From Trichinella spiralis (taxonomy: Eukaryota): a stretch of DNA of 64,000 nucleotides. The stretch spans positions 321,818-385,817 of the forward strand of contig NW_003526947.1 of assembly GCF_000181795.1 (NCBI RefSeq). Direction: 5' to 3'. The notes under the pieces are model-generated. The model was not told the origin of the DNA, did no database searches, and was given only the letters and a program-made list of their open reading frames with translations. This document shows, piece by piece, positions 26,469 to 38,707 of the stretch. The number at the start of each line of letters is the position of its first letter. The first letter of the stretch is position 1. A program made the translations under genes and the position numbers.

Positions 26469-29400
26469 NNNNNNNNNNCTTTTAGCAATTACAAAATAAG
26501 TGAAGATACGCGTAACTTAACTAAACAAGCGTCTTCTCCTGGTCGAGAATTTTCTAGAAATTATAATAAAATAAGCAAAAAATCAAATCTACTTTATGGG
26601 CATAAGACCGTCTTTTCATTGAAAACGGAACAACATTCACTATCAGCATATCGTTAGCCAACAATTATTACAACTGATGTCGCAAAAGCAAATGAACAGC
26701 ACTCACAAACAAATTTACATAAAATTCATCGGTGAACAAATACTATGTCCATTGTTCCCTCTACGGGCAAGACAAAATTTTGCTGCACGTTACCTGAAAA
26801 GCAAATACATAGAGAAATTTCTCACAAACAAATTTCGATGTCAACAAAACAAGTATCATTTCTGTTTGCCTTCCAATAACATAATTCGAATAAATTAAGC
26901 AATAAAGTATTTTTAATAACCATTACAATCGGCAAATCATGTATCATCAAAGTTAAGAACTGCCTTATAATGTTCAAAAGTTGAAATCAATGTAAAAGAT
27001 TGTCATAAATTATCAATGCATACATAAATTATCAAAACATAAGCATTATTTATCATCTAATACTTTAAAGTTTGATAAATAAAAAATCTACAATTTAGTT
27101 ATAATACATGCCAAGTGAACTTTAAACTGTCTAAATAAAAAATCTTAAACTTCGTAAAAAATTATTCAGAAATTACTTTTTAAGACTTCGTATTTTAGAT
27201 TGAAAAAATCACTTTTAAAAACGGAAAAAGTACATTTCACAGAAAATATACAATAAAACAATTAATTATAAATGATTTTAATATATATACACCCCTTCAA
27301 AACAATCAGAAAAAAATCTACATTGATATTAAACATTTAAGTCGATGCAAATTCTTTTAAACTATTTATTGCCCATTTTTTACGTTCACCAATTTTTAGT
27401 CAAATGGAATTTTACATTTTCCATTTGTAATAAACTCAGAAAGAAAAATAACATTTCCTTCTCTAAGAATAATTAATGATTCATAGACATTGACAACATT
27501 AATTATGTTATAAACTATGTAAGCCATCTTCAGTTTGCGCTTGATTATGTTACAATGAATCATTTTGTAAATACATAAAAAAATAATACGAAGTAACAAG
27601 CTGTTTTCCTGTGAAAGAAATAATCTTTAACAAGGATAAGCTTATAACCTGTAAAACTGAAGTTGCTTAAACTGAAGTTCACTTCATGAATATTGATCAG
27701 CCCACAGCAAATAACGTTAAGCAAGCAAGCAAGCGTATCATTTTTCATAGGACAACTTTTTCATGAAAATTAAAAAGCTTAATTTTGAAAACCGATGCGT
27801 TAAACAACCTCGCCTCGTTGCATAAAGCTTCAACGTCTAATTTCATCTTATTTTGGATAGCTTATTCTCAGCGTGACAGAAAAAATAAAATTATTATATT
27901 ATTCATTTATACTGCACTACTATTTTGAAATTTCAAAATGCATTCACACAAATCTATTCGATAACTTTCAAGATGAAATTTCAAGAATTATAAAACAGTA
28001 ATATTTTATTATGCTCAACAGTTTCATTTACTGGTAATTAAGCATCTTTTCTATGAAATCCTTTGCATCAAAATTTTCTGATCTTTTGATCAAATTCAAT
28101 ATGTCACTTTAACATGCTGTGTGAAGCTGCAGCAAGAATTATCCAGTACATTTTAAATAAACAGAATCCAAAAATGGTTAAATAACTATCATATAACACA
28201 AGAAAACTGCCGGTGCTAAACTTTCTTAAAGCTCAACGACGATGCGTAATTCTAAAGCCATTCAAATACTTGTCTTACTTATTTCTATTTATTTATCATT
28301 TATCACAATCTGAGAAAACAAAATTGCTAACATAATTGCTAATTATTGGGAGTTATTCATTAATATTCACTATCCCCACAATTCATAATTATAATAAAGA
28401 AAATAACTTTACCCATGTAAAAATGTAACGAATTAGAAAAATGTTTCGTTGAAGATGTTGACAATATTGTGCAAGTTTTATGCTACCTTTGTTGCTTGCC
28501 ATCTAATTTGCAATAACATCGTAATTTTGGTCGAATAAACAATTTGCTAAAACGCACTATAACACATTTAGTATTTGTAGAGTTAAAACATGTAAAATTG
28601 TATCAAATATGTAATAGGGATTTCTTATTTTAGATGAATTTCCATACTGTATTGTGAGTATTCTTTAAAGAAGAAATTTTGAAAATCAGGGATACTGTAT
28701 TACCTACAAAAGAATATGCAGGAGCAATTGATATTAGAATTGACATTTTTTTGCTCGTAAAAATTGAAAATCAATAAAATAAACTTTTATGGCTAATCTA
28801 CAAATTTGTTTTCAATATATTATGACCATTTGTTTTCCTTAATCATTCATAGCCCCATTTGGTAGATAGTACCCCGATGAACAAGAAATCATGAATTGAG
28901 TTGACAAGATTGAAAATGCTTAACAAATCTTTCTAATTAATTTAATTCAACTACCTGAAACACAGATTTTCAAAAATATTATAACTGCAATGCTTACTGT
29001 TTTAGATACGTTTAAAAGGTTTGTAATTTTTCGTTGAATGGGCTTTAAGTTATCTTTATATTTTTTTCTAAAAACTTCCAATAAATTTTCAATAACATTT
29101 TAATGCACCGTCATTTGATACAAGAAAATATATTTCCTGAACAGCATTCAATTCATTTTGTCTGTTAATTAATATTCACTGTTGATCAGTGTTATATTAT
29201 TATTCATGTATATTAGGTTTCTATTTCGACAATGAAAATTTGTCGTCTGTTCACATTTATATTTTGTGCATATATGTTGTCACTAGCCATTATAAATATA
29301 TTAAGTAAACTGCCATAATTCAAATAATTCTGTATTACGTAAGTTACTTTATGTTTAATATTAATATTCCTTTTAAAAAATAATGATTCCATTTTACGGA

Positions 29401-29530
29401 TGTACAGCATGTTACTTAAACTTTTAAATTTAAAACCTGCACTCCGTTTTTTAATTTATACAAGTTACGTTTAAAGCTCACGAGAAAACTCAGTCATTTC
29501 ATTGCTGTTTTGTTTGCTGTGTGGCGGCTC

Positions 29531-30657
29531 ATGCCGATGCTTTGTAATAATCTTCATTTTCCGGATGTGATAGATAACAAGTGGCAGATACTTCAGCGTC
29601 TCGGTGCGGGCGGTTTCGGAACCGTATACAAAGTTTCAGAAGTGGGTGATGAAGAAAGTCGTTACGCTGCAAAGGTAAAAAAGTATATATTTCTAGCTGA
29701 TAGCGAATCCATAAATTATATATCAATTAACCAAAATGTGTGCTCCTTGTATCATGGATAATATGAAATTACGCGTTTTGAAAAAAATTTAATTATATAT
29801 TATTTTTGCAATTTTCAAATGCAATGTACTGAAAATTGATGAAATTTTAAATCTCAAATGATTTTACTTAGAATTTTGTATTAGACCAATGTTCCTTGTC
29901 CAACATTTTCTTTAAATTACAGGTTCAGGTGGGAAGGGACGGCGAAAAAGTGATGCGGACAGAAGCTAAAATTTTGTCGGCACTTCAGGGTAAAAGCTCA
30001 CGTATCTGTCAGCTAATTGCTTGCGGAAGCGATAACAAAGTCAACTATATTATTATGAACCTCACTGGAAGAAACTTGAAAGATTACAAAAATTCTTTTC
30101 GTGGCAAACACCTGCCTCCTGTGGATGCACTCAAGATTAGTATTCAATGCATTGAAGTGATCAGAGAAGTACATGAAGCAGGTTTTATCCACAGAGATAT
30201 AAAGCCTGAAAATTTTGCAGTTGAATTCACAGGAAGCGCTGATAAAATTTACCTTCTCGATTTTGGTATTGCGAGGCAGTACCGTTTCAAAGACGGTTCA
30301 CTGCGTCCAGCGCGTAAGGCTCCACTCTTTTATGGAACCCCGGAATACGCATCACCGAATGCCTTTGATGAAAAGGAACTTGGCCGGCATGATGACCTGA
30401 TATCGTGGTTTTACATGGTCGTTGAATTTTACGGGGGTTTCCTACCATGGAAACCATATAAAAATAATATGAAGCTTTGCGGACAAATCAAGAGAAAGAA
30501 CTTCAGATCAACAACGTGGTTAAAGAATTTGCCTGAAGAATTTACTGAAATATATGAAACCGTTAGTAAAATGAATTATGAAGAAGAACCAAAATACGAA
30601 AACCTTATTGGAAAGCTAAAAATGATTCTGAAGCGAGATCACGGTATAAACTACTGA
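29531..30657 (+). CDS. Tau-tubulin kinase / CK1-family kinase, copy 2 (exons 29531-29674, 29923-30657)
   Basis: Same motifs (IHRDIKPENF, DFG, GTPEYASPN); 5 amino-acid differences from copy 1. Confidence 0.92.
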
Positions 30658-33600
30658 ATCAATTTATAATTTTTAAATTATTTGCATGCTATATCATTTT
30701 TTATGTAATGATTAAAGTGTATTCATTTATGAACATTTATCTTCATGCCATACCTTCTTTCAATCAATAATGTCACTTCAATATATCACATATTATTTAT
30801 AGTGATGATAACGTTTCATCAGTACATTCTGATTTTTCAAAATTTCCTTATGCTTTTCTTTCCCCGTTTAAAATTGTATTTATTTCATACGCATAACAGA
30901 AGCAATAAAGCAATTAACAAAAAACCGAATATTTTAACTGGAAAAATGTTTTCATAAATTTCCCTACATTTACTTATTACTGTACTGTTCACATCGTTCA
31001 ATGTTATTCTAAAATAACATTCATCGCTAGCTTCGAGTGACAGTTTTTTGTTAAATCTCACAAATATGCTTCTATCTAATCTCAGCCACATATTGCAATA
31101 GACTAAATAATAAAAAGATCTCTTCAAAATTTTAGGTGAATTTCTTGTGCACCGTTCACCAGAGCTGCTGGTATTTATGCTTTATCCATGCAATAAAATA
31201 ATGTTTTAACTGTTAAACAAACGAAACAAACATTCTGAAATATTCTATCCATAAAAATATATTCACCTGACTGAACTCTTAATCTGTATCACAGGAAACA
31301 TCAATCGACTCCATTTCAATAATATTAACTGAAACTGTAAAAATTAATAAGAAAATAATTTCAAAAGTAACTTACTTTACCAACTAAATATGACACAGCT
31401 AATTGACATTCATCGTCGTGCAGAATGATGTACTAAAAACGCTGGATTTCCTTCTTCCTAAAAAGCCAATTGTTTTGCTAACAATCTGTCAATGCGATGC
31501 AAACTTATATGTTCGCAATGTTGATTATAAAGAAGGCGTATTAGAATTTTTTATCAAGTATATAAAAAAACAACAGAGAGATTAATACAGCTCGTAAAAT
31601 GTTGCATAATTCCATTTATTCGTGTCCAGATTGCATTGCGCAGAATTCATTTATGTATACATGCAGCGTTTACTTGAAAATAAAATACGCAGAATTCTAT
31701 TTTTGTGAATCAATTAATTATTTAATAAATATAACAATCTTATAAGCAATATAATTATGAGCAGTTATTACAATAACATTACATACCTTGATGCATATAC
31801 TTTTATGGATAAAAAGATTTCATTACCAAAAAATATATAGAACTACTCCATTAGCATGCAGCATCACATGCCCAATTCTAACAGCTTTTAAGGTGAAGAT
31901 GATTTTTTCCACGCAAAATTTTATCATATATTCTAGCACTGCTCAATTTGGTAAATAAAAAATGTAAAACATATCAGATATGAAAAAAGTTCGAATCAAA
32001 GTCAGCAGTTATACAATACAAGATGAATATTGCCGGGCGTGAGCAAAAAGAGACTCCATCGATCAATTGGAAAATTCCGTGTCTACCAATCACGGTCGGC
32101 GTGAGCGAAAAGAGACTACGCGGGTGAATTTTCGACGAAAAGCGGAGCAACACAACCCTCACGCTAGTATAAAACTAGCCGTTCATTTTTATCTTGATCT
32201 GTTGCTGAAGTTGCTGCACACGTAGAAGCGTGAAATTGCGTTTTGCAATAGCCTGCTTTACTGACTATGCAACGATTGAAGCTGTCGTTGTTGTTATCAT
32301 GACTAGTTCAGCACCGCGTGCGTGCAAAGGAATGACAGACGCAAGATGTGCATGCAGTTGAGAACGACCGGCAGGCACTTTGTCAGATTATCAGAATTCA
32401 GTAGAGTTGATGCAGAAAATGCAAAATGATATTTTAGTGTATAATATTCAAAATATTAGAAGCTGACATCAAAGCAAGTTACTCTCTTAATAATTTACAA
32501 ATAACAGTTACTATTCGTTAAATTCCAATACAAGAAAATACAAATATTAGATTCATTTCATAAAATTTATAGTTTTTGAGAGAAACCTTTATTAAAATTA
32601 CTAAAATGTGCTTATACCTATTCGCTTCGCTGGGGTCGCTTGATGTAAATTCCAATTATTCCCCAAACCGGTTGTTGCATAGAACTGCAGCATGTGGGAT
32701 TATTCATGAATGCGTAAATCCCCGTCATGATAGATGTCAAAGGCACCGAAGAAAAACTTACGCCATCATTCGACGTTCTGTAAAAATTTTCTATGTATGG
32801 GGCACGTTTTGTGCGAGGGTAGGTTGCGCGCAGGCAATCAAAACTCCACAGCATTCAAAACAAACAAGCAATTTTTAATTGGGTTGAGTAAATAAAATTG
32901 AGAGTAACGCTAGCTCAAAAGCAAGCAAAATAATAGATATCGCACAGAAATTTCCATCTTCACCACTCAATGAATGATTCTGACGTAAAACCATTTCGTA
33001 AAAAATACTTCCAAAAACGTGGTATACTATGCCTACTTACACTGAAATGCACCTGCCTTTTCTTCAATTGAATTGCAGAAACCATTGAAGTTCTCAAGTT
33101 TGAATTCAACCGGTAATCAGTTTGCCAAGAGACTTATATACTGTACTGAGTTTCGTAGGAGACACGGTCACTGGGGAAGCGAGAGTGATCTCTTTTGCTG
33201 GACTTCGGCGCCGCTTCAATTCTGCTGTCGCTCTTTTACAAATGGCGGCTACAACTCAGGTGGCTTTAATTCACATCCATTTGGTCTGGAACTGTACAGC
33301 CGCTATTTTGTCTTCTCTTTGTATTTTCCCCAAGGGAAACATACGACGATCCTGCAGGGAGTGCAATATCAGGCCAACCCGCGACGAACCGTGGTGAAGG
33401 CCCGCGATCGCCTGTCTAGCCATTCAAAATCATTTGCAAATTTATATTGAGTCCACTTGGAATTTAAACCATACAATAAAATTATAAGAACAGATATTTG
33501 CATTGGAACTACAATTTGAAACAGTGAACATTGAACTGTTAATGAAATGTATGGAATTTAAATATGGAAGGGTCACATAAATTGCGATGCTTCTGTCATC

Positions 33601-33811
33601 ATTTCCGGCTTGTTCCGTTGCCGATGTGCAGTGGGCTGGCTTCTAGGCAAGATCGGCTGTTCCAGCGAGGGCGGGTCCTCCAGGGCCAGGGTACAGTTGG
33701 CACTACAGTTAACCACTCTGCAAGAGCATCTGATAACTGGTGATAATATACTATGTAATTAAAGCAGTCAACGTTTATTTTTCATTTAAAATGTTAACAA
33801 ATCAAACAAGA

Positions 33812-34085
33812 ATTATATTCTCATCACTGTTCACCAAATCCGGCCATCGTTCCGCTAGCTTATCAATGAGTTGATGATAGAAATCACAAAGTCTTGACTC
33901 GAAGAATTCATGGAACCACGTTTTCAGTTAAACATCGTTGTTAAATGAAACGCAATGCAGAACGCTGGGCAGCGACCAGAAAAGATGATAATCTGACAGT
34001 GCTGAATCATGGGGCGAATATGGTAGGTTTGGTAGAACTATCCAGCCGAGCTCCTTCCTGAAGTGAAGTACACGATGAATTTCCC
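33812..34085 (-). mobile_element. Mariner transposase C-terminal remnant
   Basis: ELGWIVLPNLPYSPHDSALSDYHLFWSL...*LKTWFHEFFESRLCDFYHQLIDKLAERW matches the mariner LGWEVLPHPPYSPDLAPSDYHLFRSL...FY..GI..L..RW region. Confidence 0.85.
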
Positions 34086-34460
34086 CTAGGCATGCATTTT
34101 TGTGTTGGCCAAGCAAACCATCCGGTTGCTCAGATTTTTTCTGTGATGTTATTACCTTCATACATGATGTACATTTGCCGCACTATACGCTCATCATTCA
34201 TCGTGTTATTTTTTTGAATCCCTTACAATTTGTCAACGAAGTGAATGGGACGGGCAACGGTATCCTGAGAGTATATTGTTATAATTTTTATAATTTTATT
34301 TCAGTAAAACACAAATAAACAATTATTATTATTATTTATTTCGATAAAGAATTAAATACATAAATGAAAATTAAATGTGACATCAATAATAAAATAAATG
34401 ATCTTTAAAATGTGAATATAACAAAAAAATAAGTGGAGTTAAAGAATCATCAGACACTAG

Positions 34461-34874
34461 TTAGAGATGAATTATTTGCAGCATAACATCCTTTGGTGGT
34501 ACATTACGGTTCTCTCTGGAAATTATCACTGGCTTCATTTGCACCATTATTCTATTCAACGGTGGATCTCTTCTCACAGCAACAATCTTCTTACACGCCA
34601 TTTGTTGCGCATTGCGGCCACAGCGATATTCGCCACTTGGAACTTTGGAATAAAATCGAAGTGGAACCGATTTGAAACAGCCGATATCTTTTAATACTTG
34701 ATTGTGCCGTATTTCCCTACGACGTCTCCAATCGGTATTTTTCGCCTTTCTGTACAGCAAAATTAAGTAGAAAATGGCGACCACCATCGCGATCCATTGG
34801 ATCACTGCTGCCATCCTAATCACATACTGAAACCGTTTTACGAACTCGCAATTGAACATTCGAGAATCAAGCAT
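34461..34874 (-). CDS. 137-aa orphan single-pass membrane protein, copy 1
   Basis: TM segment VIQWIAMVVAIFYLILLY followed by basic RKAK..WRRRR. ORF intact in both copies; TTTCAG acceptor just before the ATG; TATATAA ~125 bp upstream. Confidence 0.65.
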   Translation of the reverse strand: MLDSRMFNCEFVKRFQYVIRMAAVIQWIAMVVAIFYLILLYRKAKNTDWRRRREIRHNQVLKDIGCFKSVPLRFYSKVPSGEYRCGRNAQQMACKKIVAVRRDPPLNRIMVQMKPVIISRENRNVPPKDVMLQIIHL

Positions 34875-35113
34875 TCTGAAAGAGAACGAAAATTACAAAA
34901 TTTTACCCTCTAAATTGTTCACTTACTTGACGTCAGAGGAGCGTCCTGTTCGTCAAAAAAGGCAAAACTGATCGCAAATCCCGTTAATCGCTGCTTATAT
35001 ATAGCTAGAATTTAATGTACTTTAAACGTTTTTTTGTTTTAAATTTGATCAATGAAGCTTTTTGTTTAAATTTACCTCCAATGTTTATATATTTTAAATT
35101 TACTCTAAATTAA

Positions 35114-35638
35114 CCCCTTGATGAATTGTTGGGGTGTAGCACACCCCAGGCGGTTTTGTTTTCGATGCAGTTTGTCAATTTTTATTTTTATAGTCTGAAG
35201 CTCTGTGACTTCGCTTTTGAAACAATAACACATATTTTGAAAAGAAATGCAATATTTCAGATATTTTTGTTTGGTCTATAGAACATCGTAAATTTAAAAA
35301 ATACATTGTTGGGTTCTTGGGGTGTGGCATATCCTCACTTTACAAAAACACGTGTAAAAAGCTTAAAATATCTTCAATTATTATAAAAGTTGCTTTAATA
35401 GATTGTAAAAAAAATAGTTGTATATGACGGCATTGAAATATTTTCAATTTTAATAATTTTGAAGACTTTTATAGGTAAAAATTGCAACGAAATTATCGTT
35501 AGAAAATCGTCATTTTAGTTCTTTTCTTCGTGTAGATTATGTTTCGCAAAATTCATGAGACAAGTAACAGAGTTGAGTATAACACGCTATTCTGCGCATT
35601 TTGAGACTAAAATTCAGATCTCTAATCATTTTTTGGGG
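35114..35638. mobile_element. piggyBac-like MITE, partial inverted copy
   Basis: TTAA|CCCCTTGATGAATTGTTGG terminus; reverse complement of 37531-38055. Confidence 0.7.
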
Positions 35639-36739
35639 TTTTGAAATTGAGAAACACATTTAACACAATTTACGCAAAATGTATAACTACAAATTTATAT
35701 TTTAAACAAAAGTAAAGGTTTCATTTTTTTATTTAAATACAACATAAAAATGAAAATAATAACACTGGTGAACAGGAGCTATTGGAAAGAAAGATTGGAA
35801 AGATTAAATTCTTTTGCAAAAGAGAAACATTTTCAAAGAGCGCTACAACCGAAATGATAAAATATTTCAGTGTTAACATTCAGCAATCACCACTCCCAGT
35901 TTTAGTTGAAAACTGCAACTGTGGACAATTTATCAATTGCACACTTCCCCATTGTACTAAAATCGCCTTTATCTACTCATCAGAAATCTGTTAAATTCTG
36001 ATGGATATGGCTTTCTGGACAGGACGGCAATGCACTGGAAATTGAGACGGAAATAGACAAGGAAATGGATTCCGTTATTACTCATGCTGCAGTAAGCGAC
36101 AAGTACACCATTAAGCAGGAAGTAAAGTCCTGTTGGGCATAAAGCTAGACGCATCTACCTGGGCAAAACAAATCAACCGGAACGGTGCATTAGCTATTTA
36201 AAAGAAAATTGAACACTGCAAATGCTATTTTCTCTAATTGCTGTGTATAGCGTGAACTTCCTTGTGCTCTTTTCCGTATCGTTGCTTTGATATTTTTTAA
36301 ATGATGGAAGCATTCAATGATGTAATTCAATTCATAACTACAAATATGAACATACAAAAATTAGTATACATAGGTCAGTGCTACTCCCTGAAGCACACAA
36401 ACTGCAATGACAAATGTTGGAGTTACAGAGTCCAGCAGCGACGGGTAGCTGCAGTTACGAATAGATTGCATTGTAATAAAATTAATGTAGAATATTTTTC
36501 AAGTGCCATATCGTGTCATACTCCTGAACAACTACGATTATAGCACCTTGTATGTACTTTGTTCATTATTATTGTATAGTTCATTTTCCCCATTGTATAT
36601 AATGTAATATAGTTCAGATTTAGTTGCTGTTGCTGATTATTATTTATGTTATTTGTTGTTGATTTATACTGATTGTGGGCTGCTGTTGTAACACAAAGCT
36701 GTATACTATATGTTTGAAGAATTCCAAAGCGCTTGTAGA

Positions 36740-37143
36740 GAAAAACGAAAGTGTTTTTGTGCAAAACAGTCTGCTCATTTGCACAAACGTGAAGAAATAA
36801 AATTACAAAAACAGGTCATTATTTGAACAATAAATCTAAATAAATCTAAAATAACTTTTATTGCGTTAAAGTAATTACAGCTATTCTAAAGTAAGATTGC
36901 TCATAACTAGTGTTTAACTTCTTTACATTTGCTGAGAATTTCCTGTGTACATTCTCAAGAAGAAAATTTAAAAAGATGTCTCAATTTACATATGGTAATA
37001 AAGAAGTGATATTGGTGATTAAAAGCAATGCTTCTTCACAGTTTTAGATTTATTGTTCAAATAATGACTTGTTTTTGTAATTTTATTTCTTCACGTTTGT
37101 GCTAATGAGCAGACTGTTTTGCGCAAATACACTTTCGTTTTTC
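36740..37143. mobile_element. MITE/foldback element with ~100-bp terminal inverted repeats
   Basis: 36740-36840 (GAAAAACGAAAGTG...AATAAATCTAAA) is the reverse complement of ~37043-37143 with ~4 mismatches. Confidence 0.8.
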
Positions 37144-37385
37144 ATTATACAGTTAAGCATAACATGTCATCGGCATTCTGAAAATTTGATATATAAGAAT
37201 TAAAGAAAAGATTTTTCTTTTGACTGAATTATTGATTATTTCAAAATTTTATACATTTCAAAATTCACCACAGTTAGTCAAAGCAAGTTGGTGCAAGTCG
37301 TATGAATTGGAGAAAAAGAAAATTTTCCAGCATCACTAGAGCGATAAAAACAGCAGTACGTTTCTCTGCAGTATGACATGCTTTA

Positions 37386-38055
37386 CCCTATGATGGATTG
37401 TTGGCGTTGGGCACGTTGTTGGATTCCTGGGGTGTTCCACATCCCACATTAGATTTCCTGCTCAACACTTTTCCATATGTTTAAGCTAAAACCACAGAAA
37501 TGGCTTAGCAAAACGAAGTCGCATTAGGGCACCAAAAAATGACTACAGATCTCTATTGTAGTCTCAAAATTTGCAGAATAACGTGTTGCACTCAACTCTG
37601 TTACTTGTTTTATGAATATTGCAAAACATAGTCTACACGAAGAAAAAAACTAAAAAATGACGATTTTTTAACGATAATTTTGTCGCAGTTTTTACCAATA
37701 AAAGGCTTCAAAATCTTTAAAATTGAAAATATTTCAATGCCGTCATATACAACTATCTTTTTACAATCTATTAAAGCAACTTTCATAATAATTGAAGATA
37801 TTTTAAGCTTTTCACACGTGTTTTTGTAAAGTGAGGGTATGCCACACCCCAAGAACCCAACAATGTATTTTTTAAATTTACGATGTTCTATAGACCAAAC
37901 AAAAATATCTGAAATATTGCATTTCTTTTCAAAATATATCTTATTGTTTCAAAAGAGTTGTCACAAAGCTTCAGACTATAAAAATAAAAATTGACAAACT
38001 GCATCGAAAACAAAGCCGCCTGGGGTGTGCTACACCCCAACAATTCATCAAAGGG
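37386..38055. mobile_element. piggyBac-like MITE (~670 bp)
   Basis: Left end TTTA|CCCTATGATGGATTGTTGG, right end CCAACAATTCATCAAAGGG|TTAA. CCC..GGG termini with a TTAA target are typical of piggyBac. Confidence 0.78.
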
Positions 38056-38162
38056 TTAATTTAGAGTAAATTTAAAGTATATATACATTGGAGGTAAATT
38101 TAAACAAAAAGCTTCATTGATCAAATTTAAAACAAAAAACGTTTAAAGTACATTAAACTCTA

Positions 38163-38293
38163 GCTATATATAAGCAGCGATTGACGGGATTTGCAATCAG
38201 TTTTGCCTTTTTTGACGAACAGGACGCTCCTCTGACGTCAAGTAAGTGAACAATTTAGAGGGTAAAATTTTGTAATTTTCGTTCTCTTTCAGA
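38163..38293 (+). promoter_or_regulatory. Putative core promoter and 5'-UTR intron/acceptor of the 137-aa gene
   Basis: TATATATAAG at ~38165, palindromic TGACGTCA at 38233-38240, GTAAGT at 38242 and TTTCAG ending at 38292, one base before the ATG; all conserved in the inverted copy. Confidence 0.45.
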
Positions 38294-38707
38294 ATGCTTG
38301 ATTCTCGAATGTTCAATTGCGAGTTCGTAAAACGGTTTCAGTATGTGATTAGGATGGCAGCAGTGATCCAATGGATCGCGATGGTGGTCGCCATTTTCTA
38401 CTTAATTTTGCTGTACCGAAAGGCGAAAAATACCGATTGGAGACGTCGTAGGGAAATACGGCACAATCAAGTATTAAAAGATATCGGCTGTTTCAAATCG
38501 GTTCCACTTCGATTTTATTCCAAAGTTCCAAGTGGCGAATATCTCTGTGGCCGCAATGCGCAACAAATGGCGTGTAAGAAGATTGTTGCTGTGAGAAGAG
38601 ATCCACCGTTGAATAGAATAATGGTGCAAATGAAGCCAGTGATAATTTCCAGAGAGAACCGTAATTTACCACCAACGGATGTTATGCTGAAAATAATTCA
38701 TCTCTAA
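38294..38707 (+). CDS. 137-aa orphan single-pass membrane protein, copy 2
   Basis: 4 amino-acid differences from copy 1 (R/L, V/L, K/T, Q/K); reading frame intact. Confidence 0.65.
   Translation: MLDSRMFNCEFVKRFQYVIRMAAVIQWIAMVVAIFYLILLYRKAKNTDWRRRREIRHNQVLKDIGCFKSVPLRFYSKVPSGEYLCGRNAQQMACKKIVAVRRDPPLNRIMVQMKPVIISRENRNLPPTDVMLKIIHL

Larger units (their letters stand above)
18869..34075. repeat. ~7.6-kb tandem segmental duplication (18869-26468 and 26479-34075; offset 7609)
   Basis: All ORFs recur at +7609 with scattered substitutions; the junction coincides with N gap 26469-26478. Confidence 0.95.
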
